Shown here piece after piece: positions 47,596-58,145 of a stretch of DNA of 64,000 bases. The number at the start of each line of letters is the position of its first letter. Position 1 is the first letter of the stretch. Below the pieces are notes generated by a model. The model did not search any database and was not told the origin of the DNA. It worked only from the letters and a program-made list of their open reading frames with translations. The translations under genes and the position numbers were made by a program. Origin of the DNA: an uncultured Devosia sp. (GTDB taxonomy: Bacteria > Pseudomonadota > Alphaproteobacteria > Rhizobiales > Devosiaceae); contig NZ_CAXTKA010000013.1 in the NCBI RefSeq assembly GCF_964244875.1, positions 41,577-105,576 of the forward strand, given 5' to 3'.

Positions 47596-48191
47596 CAGAC
47601 GGGCTCCATCGCTTGGGCAAAGCCGGCGGCAGTCGCGGCAGGCTGGGCGGTCCACAAACTGTCCGACAGCGCGATAAACTCCACCGCGGCGGTCTGGGCG
47701 GTTTGGGGCGTGGCGGCCGGATCGCTCAGTACCGCCGGGATTTCGAAGGTCTCGCTCCACCAGAGCGCCAGGTCCTCGGCGGCGGCGTCGAAAGGACCCG
47801 CCACTGGCCCGAAAAACAGGTAGTCCACGTCCAGCTCGCCGGCCGTCATGGCGTCGTGACGGCTGCCGATATTGCCGGCCCCGACGATGAGAGAGGGCTT
47901 GAGGGCCTTCACCGCAGCCTTGATGGCCATTGCATCGCCACTGACGTGAACGCCATCGGCGCCCAGGCGCTTGGCCAGTGCCGCGTCGTCCTCGACCAGC
48001 ACGGCGCAGCCGGCGCCCTGGCCCACATTGACGATCGCTTGGGCAAGGCGCGTGTAATCGGCTTCGCTGCGCTCGCCGCGCTGCACCAGGATGGCCGCGA
48101 CCGAGGCTGCACCCAAAACAGCCATCAGCGTTTTGGGGAAGCCGTCCGGGTCGGCGGATGCAGGCGTGACGATGAACAGTTGAGCGGCCAT
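47595..48191 (-). CDS. Thiamine-phosphate-synthase-like (ThiE/TenI) protein
   Basis: LAKRLGADGVHV, SRHDAM, DYLFFGP. Confidence 0.8.
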   Translation of the reverse strand: MAAQLFIVTPASADPDGFPKTLMAVLGAASVAAILVQRGERSEADYTRLAQAIVNVGQGAGCAVLVEDDAALAKRLGADGVHVSGDAMAIKAAVKALKPSLIVGAGNIGSRHDAMTAGELDVDYLFFGPVAGPFDAAAEDLALWWSETFEIPAVLSDPAATPQTAQTAAVEFIALSDSLWTAQPAATAAGFAQAMEPV

Positions 48192-48315
48192 GGACTTCCG
48201 GAGCGTTGACGCATGGCGCTCTATGACGCGCCATTTTGGCGACAAAAGGGACGATCACTCCAATAGGCAAAAGGGGGTGCGGACGCAATCGGGCACAATG
48301 GCACCTTGGCAGCAC

Positions 48316-48342
48316 AAAAAAGCGCGCCCCGAAGGGCGCGCT
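48316..48342 (-). terminator. Intrinsic terminator downstream of fba
   Basis: A6-AGCGCGCCC-CGAA-GGGCGCGCT. Confidence 0.8.
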
Positions 48343-48375
48343 GCAGTGAGGCGTTGGGACGCCGGTTGGAAAAGA

Positions 48376-49398
48376 TCAGGCCGCCTGATCGACCGCAGGC
48401 TCCCACTTGCCCAGGGCAGCGAGGGAGTTCATGCGGGCGCGATGAGTGAAGGCGGCTTGCGCCGCGGGGAAATTTTCACGGCGGCCGGCCCAAGTGCGCA
48501 AGGCGACGTTCTGCAGCGCGCGGCCATAGGAGAATGTCAACGGCCAGGGCAGGCCCTTGATCTGGTTGATGGCGGACAGGTGGGCGGTGGCTTCCTCGTC
48601 GGTCTGCCCGCCGGACAGGAAAGCAATGCCCGGAACGGCAGCGGGTACGTGTTCGCGCAGCACCTCGATGGTGCGCTTGGCCACGTCCATGACGCTTGGC
48701 CGGTCGCGCGAGTTGACGCCGGGCAGCACCATATTGGGCTTGAGCAGCATGCCACCGAGATCGACGCCGGCGAGCCGCAATTCCTTGAAGACGTTTTCGA
48801 GCACTTCGCTGGTGACCTGGGCGCAGCGTTCCATCGAGTGATTGCCCGGATCGCCATCGCCGACGACCTCGGGCTCCACCACCGGCACGATCCCCGCTTC
48901 CTGGCAGAGGATCGCGTAGCGGGCCAAAGCATGGGCGTTGGCGCGGATATTGTTGCGGGTGGGGGCGACGTCGTTGATGGTGATAACGCCGCGCCATTTG
49001 GCGAACCCCGCGCCCAGGGTCGCGTAACGCTGCAGGCGCTGGCGCAGGCCATCGAGGCCTTCGGTGATTTTTTCGCCGTTATCGCCCGGCATGGGGAAGG
49101 TGCCGCGATCGACCTTGATGCCCGGGATGACGTCGGCATCGGCCATCATGGCGCGGAACGAAGTCCCGTCGGCGGCCGACTGCTCGAGCGTTTCTTCGGT
49201 CAGGATGACGCCCGAGATGTAGGTCTTCATTGCATCGGTGGAGCGAAACAGCATCTCGCGATAATCGCGGCGCAGATCGAGCGTGTTGGGCAGGTTGATC
49301 TTGGCGAAGCGCTTGGCGATGGTGCCTTCGGATTCGTCGGCGGCCAGGATGCCCTTGCCCGGTTCCATCAGTTTCTGGGCGATCGAGTTCAACGACAT
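48376..49398 (-). CDS. fba: Fructose-bisphosphate aldolase class I
   Basis: GKGILAADES, GIKVDRG, AKWRGV, LLKPNM, FLSGGQ, FSYGRALQ. Confidence 0.96.
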   Translation of the reverse strand: MSLNSIAQKLMEPGKGILAADESEGTIAKRFAKINLPNTLDLRRDYREMLFRSTDAMKTYISGVILTEETLEQSAADGTSFRAMMADADVIPGIKVDRGTFPMPGDNGEKITEGLDGLRQRLQRYATLGAGFAKWRGVITINDVAPTRNNIRANAHALARYAILCQEAGIVPVVEPEVVGDGDPGNHSMERCAQVTSEVLENVFKELRLAGVDLGGMLLKPNMVLPGVNSRDRPSVMDVAKRTIEVLREHVPAAVPGIAFLSGGQTDEEATAHLSAINQIKGLPWPLTFSYGRALQNVALRTWAGRRENFPAAQAAFTHRARMNSLAALGKWEPAVDQAA

Positions 49399-49498
49399 CG
49401 GGTCGGTCCTCCTCTTGGCTTGGATGCGCCAGATTAGACTTTCGTTTCGGAGCGAGCGATTAGACCTAGGGTTATTAGACGAAGGGTGGATGGAACGC

Positions 49499-49786
49499 TC
49501 ATCGCGGTTCGTCCGGCCAAGCTCGAGCTGTATGGATTACCCTGAGGATCCAGACAAGATCGGTCTCTACCCGGTAGACCAATATATAGCTACTTCCTGG
49601 CACCGAGAGTTCACGCGTTGCGGTGACGCGGCCTTCCCTGCCCAGATAGGGCAATCGCGTTAGCTGGTTGGCGCGGTCTTCAAAGCGTTCGTCGAGCCGC
49701 AGAGCCGCGTTTGGATTATCCGCCTCGACATATTCATAGATGAGATCGCGGTCTTTGCGTGCGACGCTCGTCCAGCGCAGCTTCAT
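49499..49786 (-). CDS. Type II TA toxin, RelE/ParE (StbE-like) family
   Basis: WTSVARKDRDLI, PYLGREGR...TREL, YILVYRV, ILRVIHTAR. Confidence 0.9.
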   Translation of the reverse strand: MKLRWTSVARKDRDLIYEYVEADNPNAALRLDERFEDRANQLTRLPYLGREGRVTATRELSVPGSSYILVYRVETDLVWILRVIHTARAWPDEPR

Positions 49787-50085
49787 TTCGCACTGAGTGC
49801 TCGCCGTGTCGCCGCGCGTTTCTCAGCGAAGAAAGTTTCGACTTCCTCGGATGAGTAACCTGGATGCGGATCATCAAGGGCTTCCTGTACCTTCGCGCGA
49901 AACCAACGGTCATATTCTTGGGGATCGCTTGTAAGGTTGAAGGGCAATGCACCTTCGTTTGCCACCTTCGTCAGAAGAATGCGCACCGCGTCAGACACCG
50001 ACAATCCCATCATGGCCAGCACTTCGCTGGCGCGTTCCTTAACGTCGCGATCGATACGGGTCTGGATCAATGCATTTGCGGGCAT
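49783..50085 (-). CDS. Type II TA antitoxin, RelB/DinJ family
   Basis: IQTRIDRDVKERASEVLAMMGLSVSDAVRILL....EGALPF, YDRWFRAKVQEAL. Confidence 0.92.
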   Translation of the reverse strand: MPANALIQTRIDRDVKERASEVLAMMGLSVSDAVRILLTKVANEGALPFNLTSDPQEYDRWFRAKVQEALDDPHPGYSSEEVETFFAEKRAATRRALSAK

Positions 50086-50106
50086 GGTTGTCTCCTCACC
50101 CAGCAA

Positions 50107-50126
50107 TGTAATGCGATTGCATTACA
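50107..50126. promoter_or_regulatory. Palindromic TA operator
   Basis: TGTAATGC-GATT-GCATTACA between the pgk stop and the antitoxin start. Confidence 0.75.
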
Positions 50127-50137
50127 AATCAAGCCAA

Positions 50138-51340
50138 TCACTTCTTCAGCGCATCGACCCCCGGCAAGGGCTTGCCTTCCATCCATTCGAGAAAAGCGCC
50201 GCCGGCGGTGGAGACGTAGGTGAACTGGTCCTTGACGCCGGCATGGGCGAGGGCGGAGACGGTGTCGCCGCCACCTGCGACGGAGACCAGCAGGCCGGCT
50301 TTGGTGCGGGCGGCGACATGCTTGGCGATAGCGACGGTGCCGGCATCGAACGGGGTCATTTCGAAGGCGCCCATCGGGCCGTTCCAGACCACGGTATGGG
50401 CGTCATCGATGGCGCCCATGATGCGCTCGATCGAGGAGGGGCCGATGTCCAGGATCATGCCTTCGGGATCGATGGCTTCGGCGCTGTAGAGGCGGGTTGG
50501 CGAATTGGCCTTGAAGTGCCAGGAGACGACGGCGTCGATCGGCAGGATGATGGCACACCCGCTGTCGATGGCTTTGTCCATGATGCGCAGGGCAGTCTCG
50601 GCCAGGTCCTTTTCGGCCAGCGACTTGCCGACGCCGAAGCCCTGGGCATGCAGAAACGTATTGGCCATGCCGCCGCCGATGACGAGGCCATCGACCTTGG
50701 TGACGAGATTTTCGAGCAGGTCGATCTTGGAGGACACCTTGGCGCCCCCGACAATGGCGACGACGGGTTTTTTCGGCTTGCCGAGACCGGTTTCCAGCGC
50801 CTCGAGTTCGGCCTGCATGGCCAGGCCGGCCGCAGCGGGCAGCAGATGGGCCAGGGCTTCGGTAGAGGCATGGGCGCGGTGGGCGGCGGAAAAGGCATCG
50901 TTGACATAAACGTCGCCAAGGCTGGCTATGCGTTTGGCGAGCTCCGGATCGTTCCTTTCCTCGCCGGGATGGAAACGGGTATTTTCCAAAATGAAGACGC
51001 TGCCGGCGGGGGCATCGTCGATGGCCTTCCTGGCGCCGGAAACATCGAGCCAGTCGGTAGGAATGAAACCGACCTTGTGGCCGGTCAGGTCGGCCACGGT
51101 GGAAGCGACGACTTCGAGGGAGTAATTGGGGTCGACCTTGCCCTTGGGGCGGCCGAAATGGCTGAGCAGGATCGCCTTGCCGTCATGACGCACGATGTCG
51201 CGGATGGTGGGGATCAGCCGCTCGATGCGGGTGGCGTCGCTGACTTTGCCATCGGCGACCGGCACGTTGAGGTCGGCGCGCAGCAGGACGCGCTTGCCGG
51301 TGAGATCGAGTTCATCGAGGGTCTTGAAGGTCGCGCTCAT
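50138..51340 (-). CDS. pgk: Phosphoglycerate kinase
   Basis: [44 protein letters not shown]. Confidence 0.98.
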   Translation of the reverse strand: MSATFKTLDELDLTGKRVLLRADLNVPVADGKVSDATRIERLIPTIRDIVRHDGKAILLSHFGRPKGKVDPNYSLEVVASTVADLTGHKVGFIPTDWLDVSGARKAIDDAPAGSVFILENTRFHPGEERNDPELAKRIASLGDVYVNDAFSAAHRAHASTEALAHLLPAAAGLAMQAELEALETGLGKPKKPVVAIVGGAKVSSKIDLLENLVTKVDGLVIGGGMANTFLHAQGFGVGKSLAEKDLAETALRIMDKAIDSGCAIILPIDAVVSWHFKANSPTRLYSAEAIDPEGMILDIGPSSIERIMGAIDDAHTVVWNGPMGAFEMTPFDAGTVAIAKHVAARTKAGLLVSVAGGGDTVSALAHAGVKDQFTYVSTAGGAFLEWMEGKPLPGVDALKK

Positions 51341-51421
51341 GCTGGTCCCCGCCGTGCCGAAATGTGTCCGTGCGTAGCAGAGTGCGCCGGGAGGGGGAAG
51401 AGGGCGGGTGGCGCGGTTCGT

Positions 51422-51552
51422 GCCACGCCCTTGCGGTTGGAGGCGCTCAAGAACTCGCGCCTCACCATGAGGGGTACTGCGGCGACCGGTTTATCAGCAG
51501 TCCTCGTGGGGAGGCGGCAAACGAAGCCGATCCACGAACCATGACGCGCGGC
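51422..51552. repeat. Degenerate family A repeat, copy 2
   Basis: GCCACGCCCTTGCGGTTGGAGG...CTCACCATGAGGG...CCTCGTGGGGAGG...CACGAACCATGACGCGCGGC aligns by eye to 39299-39428. Confidence 0.7.
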
Positions 51553-51556
51553 CAAT

Positions 51557-51847
51557 CTAGGCGACGGCGACGACGGCGTGGGCCAATTGGCCGAGGAAGA
51601 ACAGCGGCGCGCTGGCGAGGGTTACCGTAGCGAGCGTTCCCAGATCGTCGATCAGCACGTGGCGGGCAAAGCCGTCGCTGGGCCAGGCGGCGAGTCCGAC
51701 ATGGCGGCGGATGGCGCGATCGCGCCAGAGCAGGAAGCCGGTTGCGGCGGCCGGTGGCAGGAGCATGGCCAGGGGCTGGCCGGTCCAGCCGGTGATGACG
51801 GCCGTGGCCGGAATTGCCGGCAGGACTCTGCGCATGACGTGAAACAT
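51557..51847 (-). CDS. Small hypothetical membrane protein
   Basis: 96-aa ORF with 2-3 hydrophobic segments, co-directional with gap/pgk, GGAG RBS. Confidence 0.55.
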   Translation of the reverse strand: MFHVMRRVLPAIPATAVITGWTGQPLAMLLPPAAATGFLLWRDRAIRRHVGLAAWPSDGFARHVLIDDLGTLATVTLASAPLFFLGQLAHAVVAVA

Positions 51848-51918
51848 GATAGCTCCCGAAACGCTGTATGGCGCACAAGTAGCGCGAGTCGATGACTCTG
51901 AGACGACAGGCCTACAGG

Positions 51919-52452
51919 CTAGATGGTGCGTTCAAACAGGCCCGGATAGGCGAGCACAAGACCGTCCGCGTCTATTTCGAGCACGCGTTCGAAATCTGCC
52001 GATTGGAAGCGGAAGTGGGTAGCGTCCAATTTGGTATAAATCTGCTCGTTGCGCCGGACGCTCATGTCGTCGCCATCGATCCAGGCCATCGCAAAGCGTT
52101 GCGGCATGTCCAGGGTCCACTGGCTGCGCCAGACCGGCAGGGAATTGGTCAGCGGCGTCGGCCAGATGTCGATATCGATGCAGCCATGCAGGGCCGACAG
52201 CGGCTCGGCGCGATCGTCGGACCAATTGCCGGCGCCGTCGGCGAATAGTTCGAGGGTTTTGCCGTCGGTGCGATCGAGCTTGAGCGTGCGGGTTTGGCCG
52301 GCCTCGTCAAGCTTGATGCGGTAGAAGAGGCCGTAGGTGGGCGTGATGATGGCGCCGCGCATGCGGGTGTCGCGCTCGGTGGCGATGATATGACAGTGCT
52401 CGGCCGTGACGGGATCGAAGCCACGCCAGCGAATGGATTTGTTCAGGACCAT
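51919..52452 (-). CDS. Putative glycolipid-binding domain protein (DUF1089-like)
   Basis: GCIDIDIWPTPLTNSLPV, Q.YTKL, DADGLVLAYPGLF. Confidence 0.8.
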   Translation of the reverse strand: MVLNKSIRWRGFDPVTAEHCHIIATERDTRMRGAIITPTYGLFYRIKLDEAGQTRTLKLDRTDGKTLELFADGAGNWSDDRAEPLSALHGCIDIDIWPTPLTNSLPVWRSQWTLDMPQRFAMAWIDGDDMSVRRNEQIYTKLDATHFRFQSADFERVLEIDADGLVLAYPGLFERTI

Positions 52453-52604
52453 GGCGCACCGAGTAACCGCTTCTCTCGGGGAAAAGTTAGTCAAAGGGGT
52501 AATGGAAGCCATAATGCAGCGTCAACTGATCCGCGCTTGATCTTCCTACTGGTAGAGGAAGGCTATCGCAGATGACCAAGTCTCTTGGCAAATCCGGCAG
52601 TCGA

Positions 52605-52701
52605 CCCCTCCCCCTGCGGGGGGAGGATCAAAGTGGGGGTTTACCAGCCGCGATATCGAGGCTCTCGTACCCCCACCCAACCTCCCCCTGACAGGGGGAG
52701 C
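52605..52701. repeat. Family B-like palindromic repeat, copy 2
   Basis: CCTCCCCCTGCGGGGGGAGG...GTGGGGGT...ACCCCCAC...CCTCCCCCTGACAGGGGGAG. Confidence 0.75.
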
Positions 52702-52790
52702 AGCCGTCCCGTGGCCGGGGCAGGATCGTGCCAAGCCATGGGCGATAGCCCGCCCTGAGGCGAGGTGTCGACTACTGGCAGTTCAGTGCC

Positions 52791-53798
52791 TTAAAGCGTC
52801 TTGCCCAGGGCCACGGCGGTGTCGGCCATGCGGTTGGAGAAGCCCCATTCGTTGTCGTACCAGGACAGGACCGCGACGAAATTGCCGTCCATCACCTTGG
52901 TCTGGTCGAACGCGACGGTCGAGGAATGGCTGTCGTGGTTGAAATCGATCGAGACATTGGGATGCAGCGTATAGCCCAGAATGCCCTTGAGGGCGCCGTC
53001 GGCATAGCCCTTGATGATCTGGTTGATCTCGTCGGCGGTGGTCGAGCGCTTGGCGATGAACTTGAAATCCACCAGCGACACGTTGGGCGTCGGCACGCGG
53101 ATGGAGACGCCGTCCAGCTTGCCTTTGAGTTCGGGCAGCACCAGACCGATGGCCTTGGCGGCGCCGGTCGAGGTGGGGATCTGGCTGAGCGCTGCGGCGC
53201 GACCGCGATAAAGATCCTTGTGCATGGTGTCGAGCGTGGGCTGGTCGCCGGTGTAGGAATGGATGGTGGTCATCATTCCTTTTTCGATGCCGACCGTTTC
53301 GTTGAGCACATAGGCCAGGGGGGCCAGGCAATTGGTGGTGCAGGACGCGTTGGAGATCACGACGTGATCCTTGGTCAACTGCTGGTGGTTGATGCCATAG
53401 ACCACGGTGAGGTCGGCGCCTTCGGAAGGGGCCGAAACGATGACCTTCTTGGCGCCGGCCTGGAGATGGAGTGCGGCCTTGTCGCGGCTGGTGAAGATGC
53501 CGGTGCATTCCAGCGCGATATCGATGCCCATGGCGGCGTGCGGCAATTCTTCAGGATTGCGGACGGCGGTCACCTTGATGGGGCCACGGCCGACATCGAT
53601 GGTGTCGCCATCGACCACGACGTCGCCCTTGAAGCGGCCATGCACGCTGTCGAAGCGGAACAGATGCGCATTGGTTTCGACCGGGCCCAGATCGTTGATC
53701 GCCACCACTTCGATATCGGTGCGGCCCGCTTCGATGATGGCGCGGAGGACATTGCGGCCGATACGGCCAAAACCATTGATGGCGACGCGAACTGCCAT
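52791..53798 (-). CDS. gap: Glyceraldehyde-3-phosphate dehydrogenase type I
   Basis: [31 protein letters not shown]. Confidence 0.98.
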   Translation of the reverse strand: MAVRVAINGFGRIGRNVLRAIIEAGRTDIEVVAINDLGPVETNAHLFRFDSVHGRFKGDVVVDGDTIDVGRGPIKVTAVRNPEELPHAAMGIDIALECTGIFTSRDKAALHLQAGAKKVIVSAPSEGADLTVVYGINHQQLTKDHVVISNASCTTNCLAPLAYVLNETVGIEKGMMTTIHSYTGDQPTLDTMHKDLYRGRAAALSQIPTSTGAAKAIGLVLPELKGKLDGVSIRVPTPNVSLVDFKFIAKRSTTADEINQIIKGYADGALKGILGYTLHPNVSIDFNHDSHSSTVAFDQTKVMDGNFVAVLSWYDNEWGFSNRMADTAVALGKTL

Positions 53799-53842
53799 GG
53801 GAGATTCCTTCGAAGGATGGTCAGGGAGGAGGAGAGGCTTTG

Positions 53843-55816
53843 TTACAACTGTGCGGTGACGGCTTCAACAATGGCCTGGGGCGTAATACCAAAGAACTGG
53901 TAGAGCTCGTCGATCGGCCCGGAAGCGCCGAAGGAATTCATGCCGACAAAACGGCCCTTGTCGCCCAAAAGCTTGTCCCAGCTCATCGAGACGCCGGCTT
54001 CCACGGCGACGCGGGCCTTGGCCTTGCCGATGATCTCGGTGCGATAGGCGTCGGACTGGTTGGCGAACAGTTCCATGGAGGGCACCGACACGACGCGGGC
54101 GGAGATGCCCTTTTCGGCCAAGGCCTTCATGCCGTCGATGGCGATGGCCACTTCTGAGCCGGTAGCGAAGATCACGGCTTCCGCATCCAGGTCGCCGATC
54201 AAATTATAGGCGCCCTTGGCCGACTTGTTTTCCATCGTGTACTGGGTGCGCACGGTCGGCAGGTTCTGGCGCGACAGCGCCAGAATGGACGGCGCCGTGG
54301 TGGTTTGCAGCGCCAGCTGCCAGCATTCGGCGGTTTCCACCGCGTCTGCCGGGCGGAATACCTGCAGGTTGGGGATCGCGCGCAGCGCCGACAGGTGCTC
54401 GACCGGCTGGTGGGTCGGACCGTCTTCGCCCAGGCCGATGCTGTCATGGGTCATCACATAGACAACGCGCTGGCCCATCAGGGCCGAAAGGCGGATGGCC
54501 GGGCGGGCGTAGTCGGTAAACACCATGAAGGTGCCACCATAGGGGATCAGCCCGCCATGGAGCGCGATGCCGTTCATGGTCGCGGCCATGCCGTGCTCGC
54601 GAATGCCGTACATCATATAGCGGCCGGTGCGGTCATTGGCGGTGAAGGGCAGGGTTTCCTTGGTATTGGTCAGGTTCGAGCCGGTCAGGTCGGCCGAACC
54701 GCCAAGGGTCTCGGGTATGGCGGCATTGATGATTTCGAGCGCCATCTGGCCGGACTTGCGCGTTGCCACCTTGGGCTGCTCGGCGCTGAGCTTCTTTTTA
54801 TAGGCGTCCATCGCCTCGAGAAAGCCAACCGGCAGCGTGCCATTGGCGCGACGCTCGAACTCGTCCTTGTGGGCGGATGCGGCGATGCGTGACTGCCATT
54901 CGCCGCGAATGTTCTGCGAGCGGGTGCCGGCAGCACGCCAGGTGGAGAGGATTTCGGGGGGCACTTCAAAGGCCGGGTAGGTGATGCCGAGCGCCGCCTT
55001 GGCGCCGGCGATTTCCTCGGCGCCCAGGGGCGAGCCATGCGCGTCCTTAGTGCCGGCCTTTTTAGGCGCACCGAAGCCGATAGTGGTCTTGGCCGCGATC
55101 AGGGTGGGGCGGTCGGACGTGCGGGCTTCGAGCAGGGCCGCCTCGATGGCAGCCTGGTCGTGGCCGTCGATTTCGATGGTGTTCCAATGCATTGCCTTGA
55201 AGCGGGCGATCTGGTCGGTGGAGTCCGAATTGGAGACGGCGCCGTCGATGGTGATCGAATTGTTGTCCCAGATCAGGGTCAGCTTGTTAAGCTTCAGGTG
55301 CCCCGCCAGGGCGATGACTTCCTGGGAAATGCCCTCCATCAGGCAGCCGTCGCCGGCCAGGCACCAGGTATGGTGATCGACCAGGTCATTGCCGAACTCG
55401 GCGGCGAGCCTGGCTTCGGCGATAGCCATGCCCACGGCATTGCCGATGCCCTGGCCAAGCGGCCCGGTCGTGGTCTCGATGCCTTGGGCGAAGTGATATT
55501 CGGGGTGCCCGGCGGTCTTGGAATTGAGCTGGCGGAAGTTCTTGATTTGATCGATCGTCATGTCCTCGTAGCCGAGGAGGTAGAGGCTCGAATAGAGCAG
55601 CATCGAGCCATGGCCGGCCGATAGCACGAAGCGGTCGCGATCGGGCCATTTGCTGTCGGCGGGATCGAACTTCATCACCTTGGTGAACAGGACGGTGGCG
55701 ATATCGGCGCAGCCCATGGGCAGGCCGGGATGGCCCGAATTGGCTTTTTCCACCGCATCCATGGCGAGGGAGCGGATCGCGTTGGCCAAATCGTTCTGCT
55801 GGGCTGTGTTCGTCAT
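53843..55816 (-). CDS. tkt: Transketolase
   Basis: [53 protein letters not shown]. Confidence 0.98.
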   Translation of the reverse strand: MTNTAQQNDLANAIRSLAMDAVEKANSGHPGLPMGCADIATVLFTKVMKFDPADSKWPDRDRFVLSAGHGSMLLYSSLYLLGYEDMTIDQIKNFRQLNSKTAGHPEYHFAQGIETTTGPLGQGIGNAVGMAIAEARLAAEFGNDLVDHHTWCLAGDGCLMEGISQEVIALAGHLKLNKLTLIWDNNSITIDGAVSNSDSTDQIARFKAMHWNTIEIDGHDQAAIEAALLEARTSDRPTLIAAKTTIGFGAPKKAGTKDAHGSPLGAEEIAGAKAALGITYPAFEVPPEILSTWRAAGTRSQNIRGEWQSRIAASAHKDEFERRANGTLPVGFLEAMDAYKKKLSAEQPKVATRKSGQMALEIINAAIPETLGGSADLTGSNLTNTKETLPFTANDRTGRYMMYGIREHGMAATMNGIALHGGLIPYGGTFMVFTDYARPAIRLSALMGQRVVYVMTHDSIGLGEDGPTHQPVEHLSALRAIPNLQVFRPADAVETAECWQLALQTTTAPSILALSRQNLPTVRTQYTMENKSAKGAYNLIGDLDAEAVIFATGSEVAIAIDGMKALAEKGISARVVSVPSMELFANQSDAYRTEIIGKAKARVAVEAGVSMSWDKLLGDKGRFVGMNSFGASGPIDELYQFFGITPQAIVEAVTAQL

Positions 55817-55994
55817 TGTGCGTTCCGCTCTGTTGGATCAGAAAAACTGTGGAGAAGCGGTTGTGCCAGCCCTCTCCGCAAGGCGGTTCGAGGCATAACA
55901 GGTTCCGATTGCCTGTCAATGACAGCAGGGTTTGCCGGTTGCATGGTTATCACCGGCGGGTCTAACTGGTGGCGGCACGTGTCGAGGGCAGACG

Positions 55995-56279
55995 ATGAGC
56001 GAAAGCGATCCCCAGGACGGCATCGAAGCGGCAACGGCACGGTTCGAGCGGGCCATGGTGCGGCTCGACAGCAGTGTCAAAAGCCTCAACAGCCGCATGC
56101 GCCAGCTCAATCGCATCGAGGTGGACACCCAGCGCCTGGTGACGGAGCGCGCGCGACTGGCCACCGAGCTGGACAAGGCCGCGGCGCGCGCCAAGCGGCT
56201 GGACGACAGCGCTCATGACGTGTCGCGCCGCCTGGTCGAGGCAATGGAGACCGTGCGCGAAGTGTTGGCCAAGGCCTAG
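55995..56279 (+). CDS. DUF4164 family coiled-coil protein
   Basis: RARLATELD...VSRRLVEAMETVREVL; sits upstream of zapA. Confidence 0.8.
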   Translation: MSESDPQDGIEAATARFERAMVRLDSSVKSLNSRMRQLNRIEVDTQRLVTERARLATELDKAAARAKRLDDSAHDVSRRLVEAMETVREVLAKA

Positions 56280-56354
56280 CCTTGGCTTATTGTTGTTGCA
56301 AAGTGTTGGCAGGAAACGGGGCCGCTTCCTGCAACGCTCGGTAGGAGTTCGCGG

Positions 56355-56729
56355 ATGCCTGAAGTCAATGTGGAAATCAATGGCCGCAAATATCGCATGG
56401 CTTGCGAAGAGGGTCAGCAGCAGCATCTTCTGGGATTGGCGGCGCGCTTTAATGCGCAGGTCGAAGGGCTCAAGGGCGCAGTGGGCGAAATCGGCGACAA
56501 CCGGCTGACGGTCATGGCCGGGATCGCGGTGGTGGACGAATTGGCTGAAGCGGAGCGCCGGATCGAGGCGCTGCAGATGGAGGTGACGATCCTGACCCGG
56601 GCCGGGCAAGAGGTGGCGGCGGAATACGATACCCTGGAGGAGCGGTTCGCCACGCGGCTGGGCGAGGCGGCGCGCAAGCTCGAGGCCGTGGCGACGGCGC
56701 TGGACGATACCGCAACGCTGCCGAGCTAG
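56355..56729 (+). CDS. zapA: Cell division protein ZapA
   Basis: VEINGRKYRMACEEGQQQHL, RLTVMAGIAVVDEL. Confidence 0.93.
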   Translation: MPEVNVEINGRKYRMACEEGQQQHLLGLAARFNAQVEGLKGAVGEIGDNRLTVMAGIAVVDELAEAERRIEALQMEVTILTRAGQEVAAEYDTLEERFATRLGEAARKLEAVATALDDTATLPS

Positions 56730-56780
56730 GCATGGCAAAGATTGGCAAAACTTGCTAAGATCGGGGTAAAGGAGAGTGCT

Positions 56781-57044
56781 ATGGCAACGATGAACGTATC
56801 GCTTCCGAGCCAGATGAAGGCGTGGATCGAGGCGCAAGTGCAGACCGGCAAGTACGGAAATTCCAGCGACTACGTGCGTGACCTGGTGCGACGGGACCAG
56901 GAGCGGGCAGATGCGCGCGAGAAATTGCAGCAGATGGTCGATGATGCCTTGGCGAGCGGCATTACGTCCATGACGCGCGAGCAGTTGATGGAGCGGATGC
57001 GGGAAAAGGCGAAAGCGGCGATCGATCAGAAGAAAAGTGCTTAA
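56781..57044 (+). CDS. parD: Type II TA antitoxin, ParD (RHH) family
   Basis: MNVSLP...WIEAQVQTGKYGNSSDYVRDLVRRDQER; AAGGAG RBS. Confidence 0.92.
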   Translation: MATMNVSLPSQMKAWIEAQVQTGKYGNSSDYVRDLVRRDQERADAREKLQQMVDDALASGITSMTREQLMERMREKAKAAIDQKKSA

Positions 57045-57046
57045 GC

Positions 57047-57334
57047 TTGGCCTGGATATTGACTGTAGACGCTTTGTCCGATTTGGACCAGATTGCTGCG
57101 GAGGGGGCTAGGCAATTTGGGTATCGCCAATCCGAGGTCTATGAAATCAGGCTTGGCGAAGCGTTGGACAATCTGGCGGCTAATCCCTATCTGGGTCCGG
57201 AACGCCAGACATCGAGCGGAACCGCCAGGCTCATGCCATGCGGTGCGCACAACATCCTTTACGTGATCGAAAGCGAGGACGTGCTCATCCTGCGCGTTCT
57301 GCATGGGCTGCAGAACTGGTTCGATTTGCTGTAA
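57047..57334 (+). CDS. parE: Type II TA toxin, ParE family
   Basis: LTVDALSDLDQI....RQFG..Q...Y, NPYLG, HNILY, ILRVLHG; TTG start. Confidence 0.88.
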   Translation: MAWILTVDALSDLDQIAAEGARQFGYRQSEVYEIRLGEALDNLAANPYLGPERQTSSGTARLMPCGAHNILYVIESEDVLILRVLHGLQNWFDLL

Positions 57335-57369
57335 CTCCCTTTGCACTCGCGGTGCGAACGCATTATATC

Positions 57370-57527
57370 AAGGCTGCTGCCCGGTGCGTGTGGATACCTT
57401 TTATCCCCGGGGCCTTAACGATCCTAAGGGAGCTGTCCCTGACTGGGCTCCTGGGCTCAGACATACGGCGCCCACCTACGTAAAGTAGGTTCCCGGGATC
57501 GTGTATCCCACGGCCAGGGCGGCACCT
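57370..57527 (+). ncRNA. ssrS: 6S RNA (ends approximate)
   Basis: CCCCGGGGCCTTAACGATCCTAAGGGAGCTGTCCCT...ACATACGGCGCCCACC core; ends pair (GCTGCCC/GGGCGGC); conserved zapA-6S-ygfA position; TTGCAC -35 at 57341. Confidence 0.9.
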
Positions 57528-57557
57528 CATTTCCGGCGGACGGATACGCGGCGCGGC

Positions 57558-58145
57558 ATGGCTGACGACACGATTGAAAACGCCAAGGCGGCATTGCGGG
57601 TCCGGGCGCATGCCACGCGGGCGGCCTTGTCGCAGACGAGCCGCGATGACGCGGCGCTCGCCGTCGCCGAGTATTTTTTCAAGCATATCGATCTGTCGCG
57701 GGGCGAGGTGGTGGCTGCCTATTGGCGCATCCGGGACGAGCTGGATTGCCGGCCGATCCTGGTACGGCTGATGGACAGCTTGCAGCCGGTGGTGCTGCCC
57801 GCCGTGCTGGGTCCGGATGAACCGTTGCAGATGCGGCTTTGGGAGCAGGGCGCCGCGCTTTATCCCGCCGGGTTCGGCACGCTGGCGCCCGCAGAGCTGG
57901 CGCCCCAGGCGCAGCCCGATGTGGTGCTGGTACCGCTCCTGGGGTTCGACAAGGCGGGTACGCGCCTGGGCTATGGCGGCGGCTATTACGATCGCACCCT
58001 GGCCGGGATGAGCAAAAAGCCGCGGGTGATCGGGCTGGCTTTCGCCGCCCAGGAGGTCGATACCATTCCGCGGCAAGCCCATGACATTGCCCTTGATGCC
58101 ATCGTCACCGAAACCGGTGTGCGCCAGTTTGGATCGGCCCGATGA
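57558..58145 (+). CDS. 5-formyltetrahydrofolate cyclo-ligase (YgfA)
   Basis: LVPLLGFDKAGTRLGYGGGYYDRTL, HDIALD.IVTE. Confidence 0.95.
   Translation: MADDTIENAKAALRVRAHATRAALSQTSRDDAALAVAEYFFKHIDLSRGEVVAAYWRIRDELDCRPILVRLMDSLQPVVLPAVLGPDEPLQMRLWEQGAALYPAGFGTLAPAELAPQAQPDVVLVPLLGFDKAGTRLGYGGGYYDRTLAGMSKKPRVIGLAFAAQEVDTIPRQAHDIALDAIVTETGVRQFGSAR

Noticed and set aside
39291-52701. Palindromic repeats as a CRISPR array or integron attC sites
   Set aside because: They are dispersed single copies with no regular repeat-spacer period, and no cas or integrase gene is present
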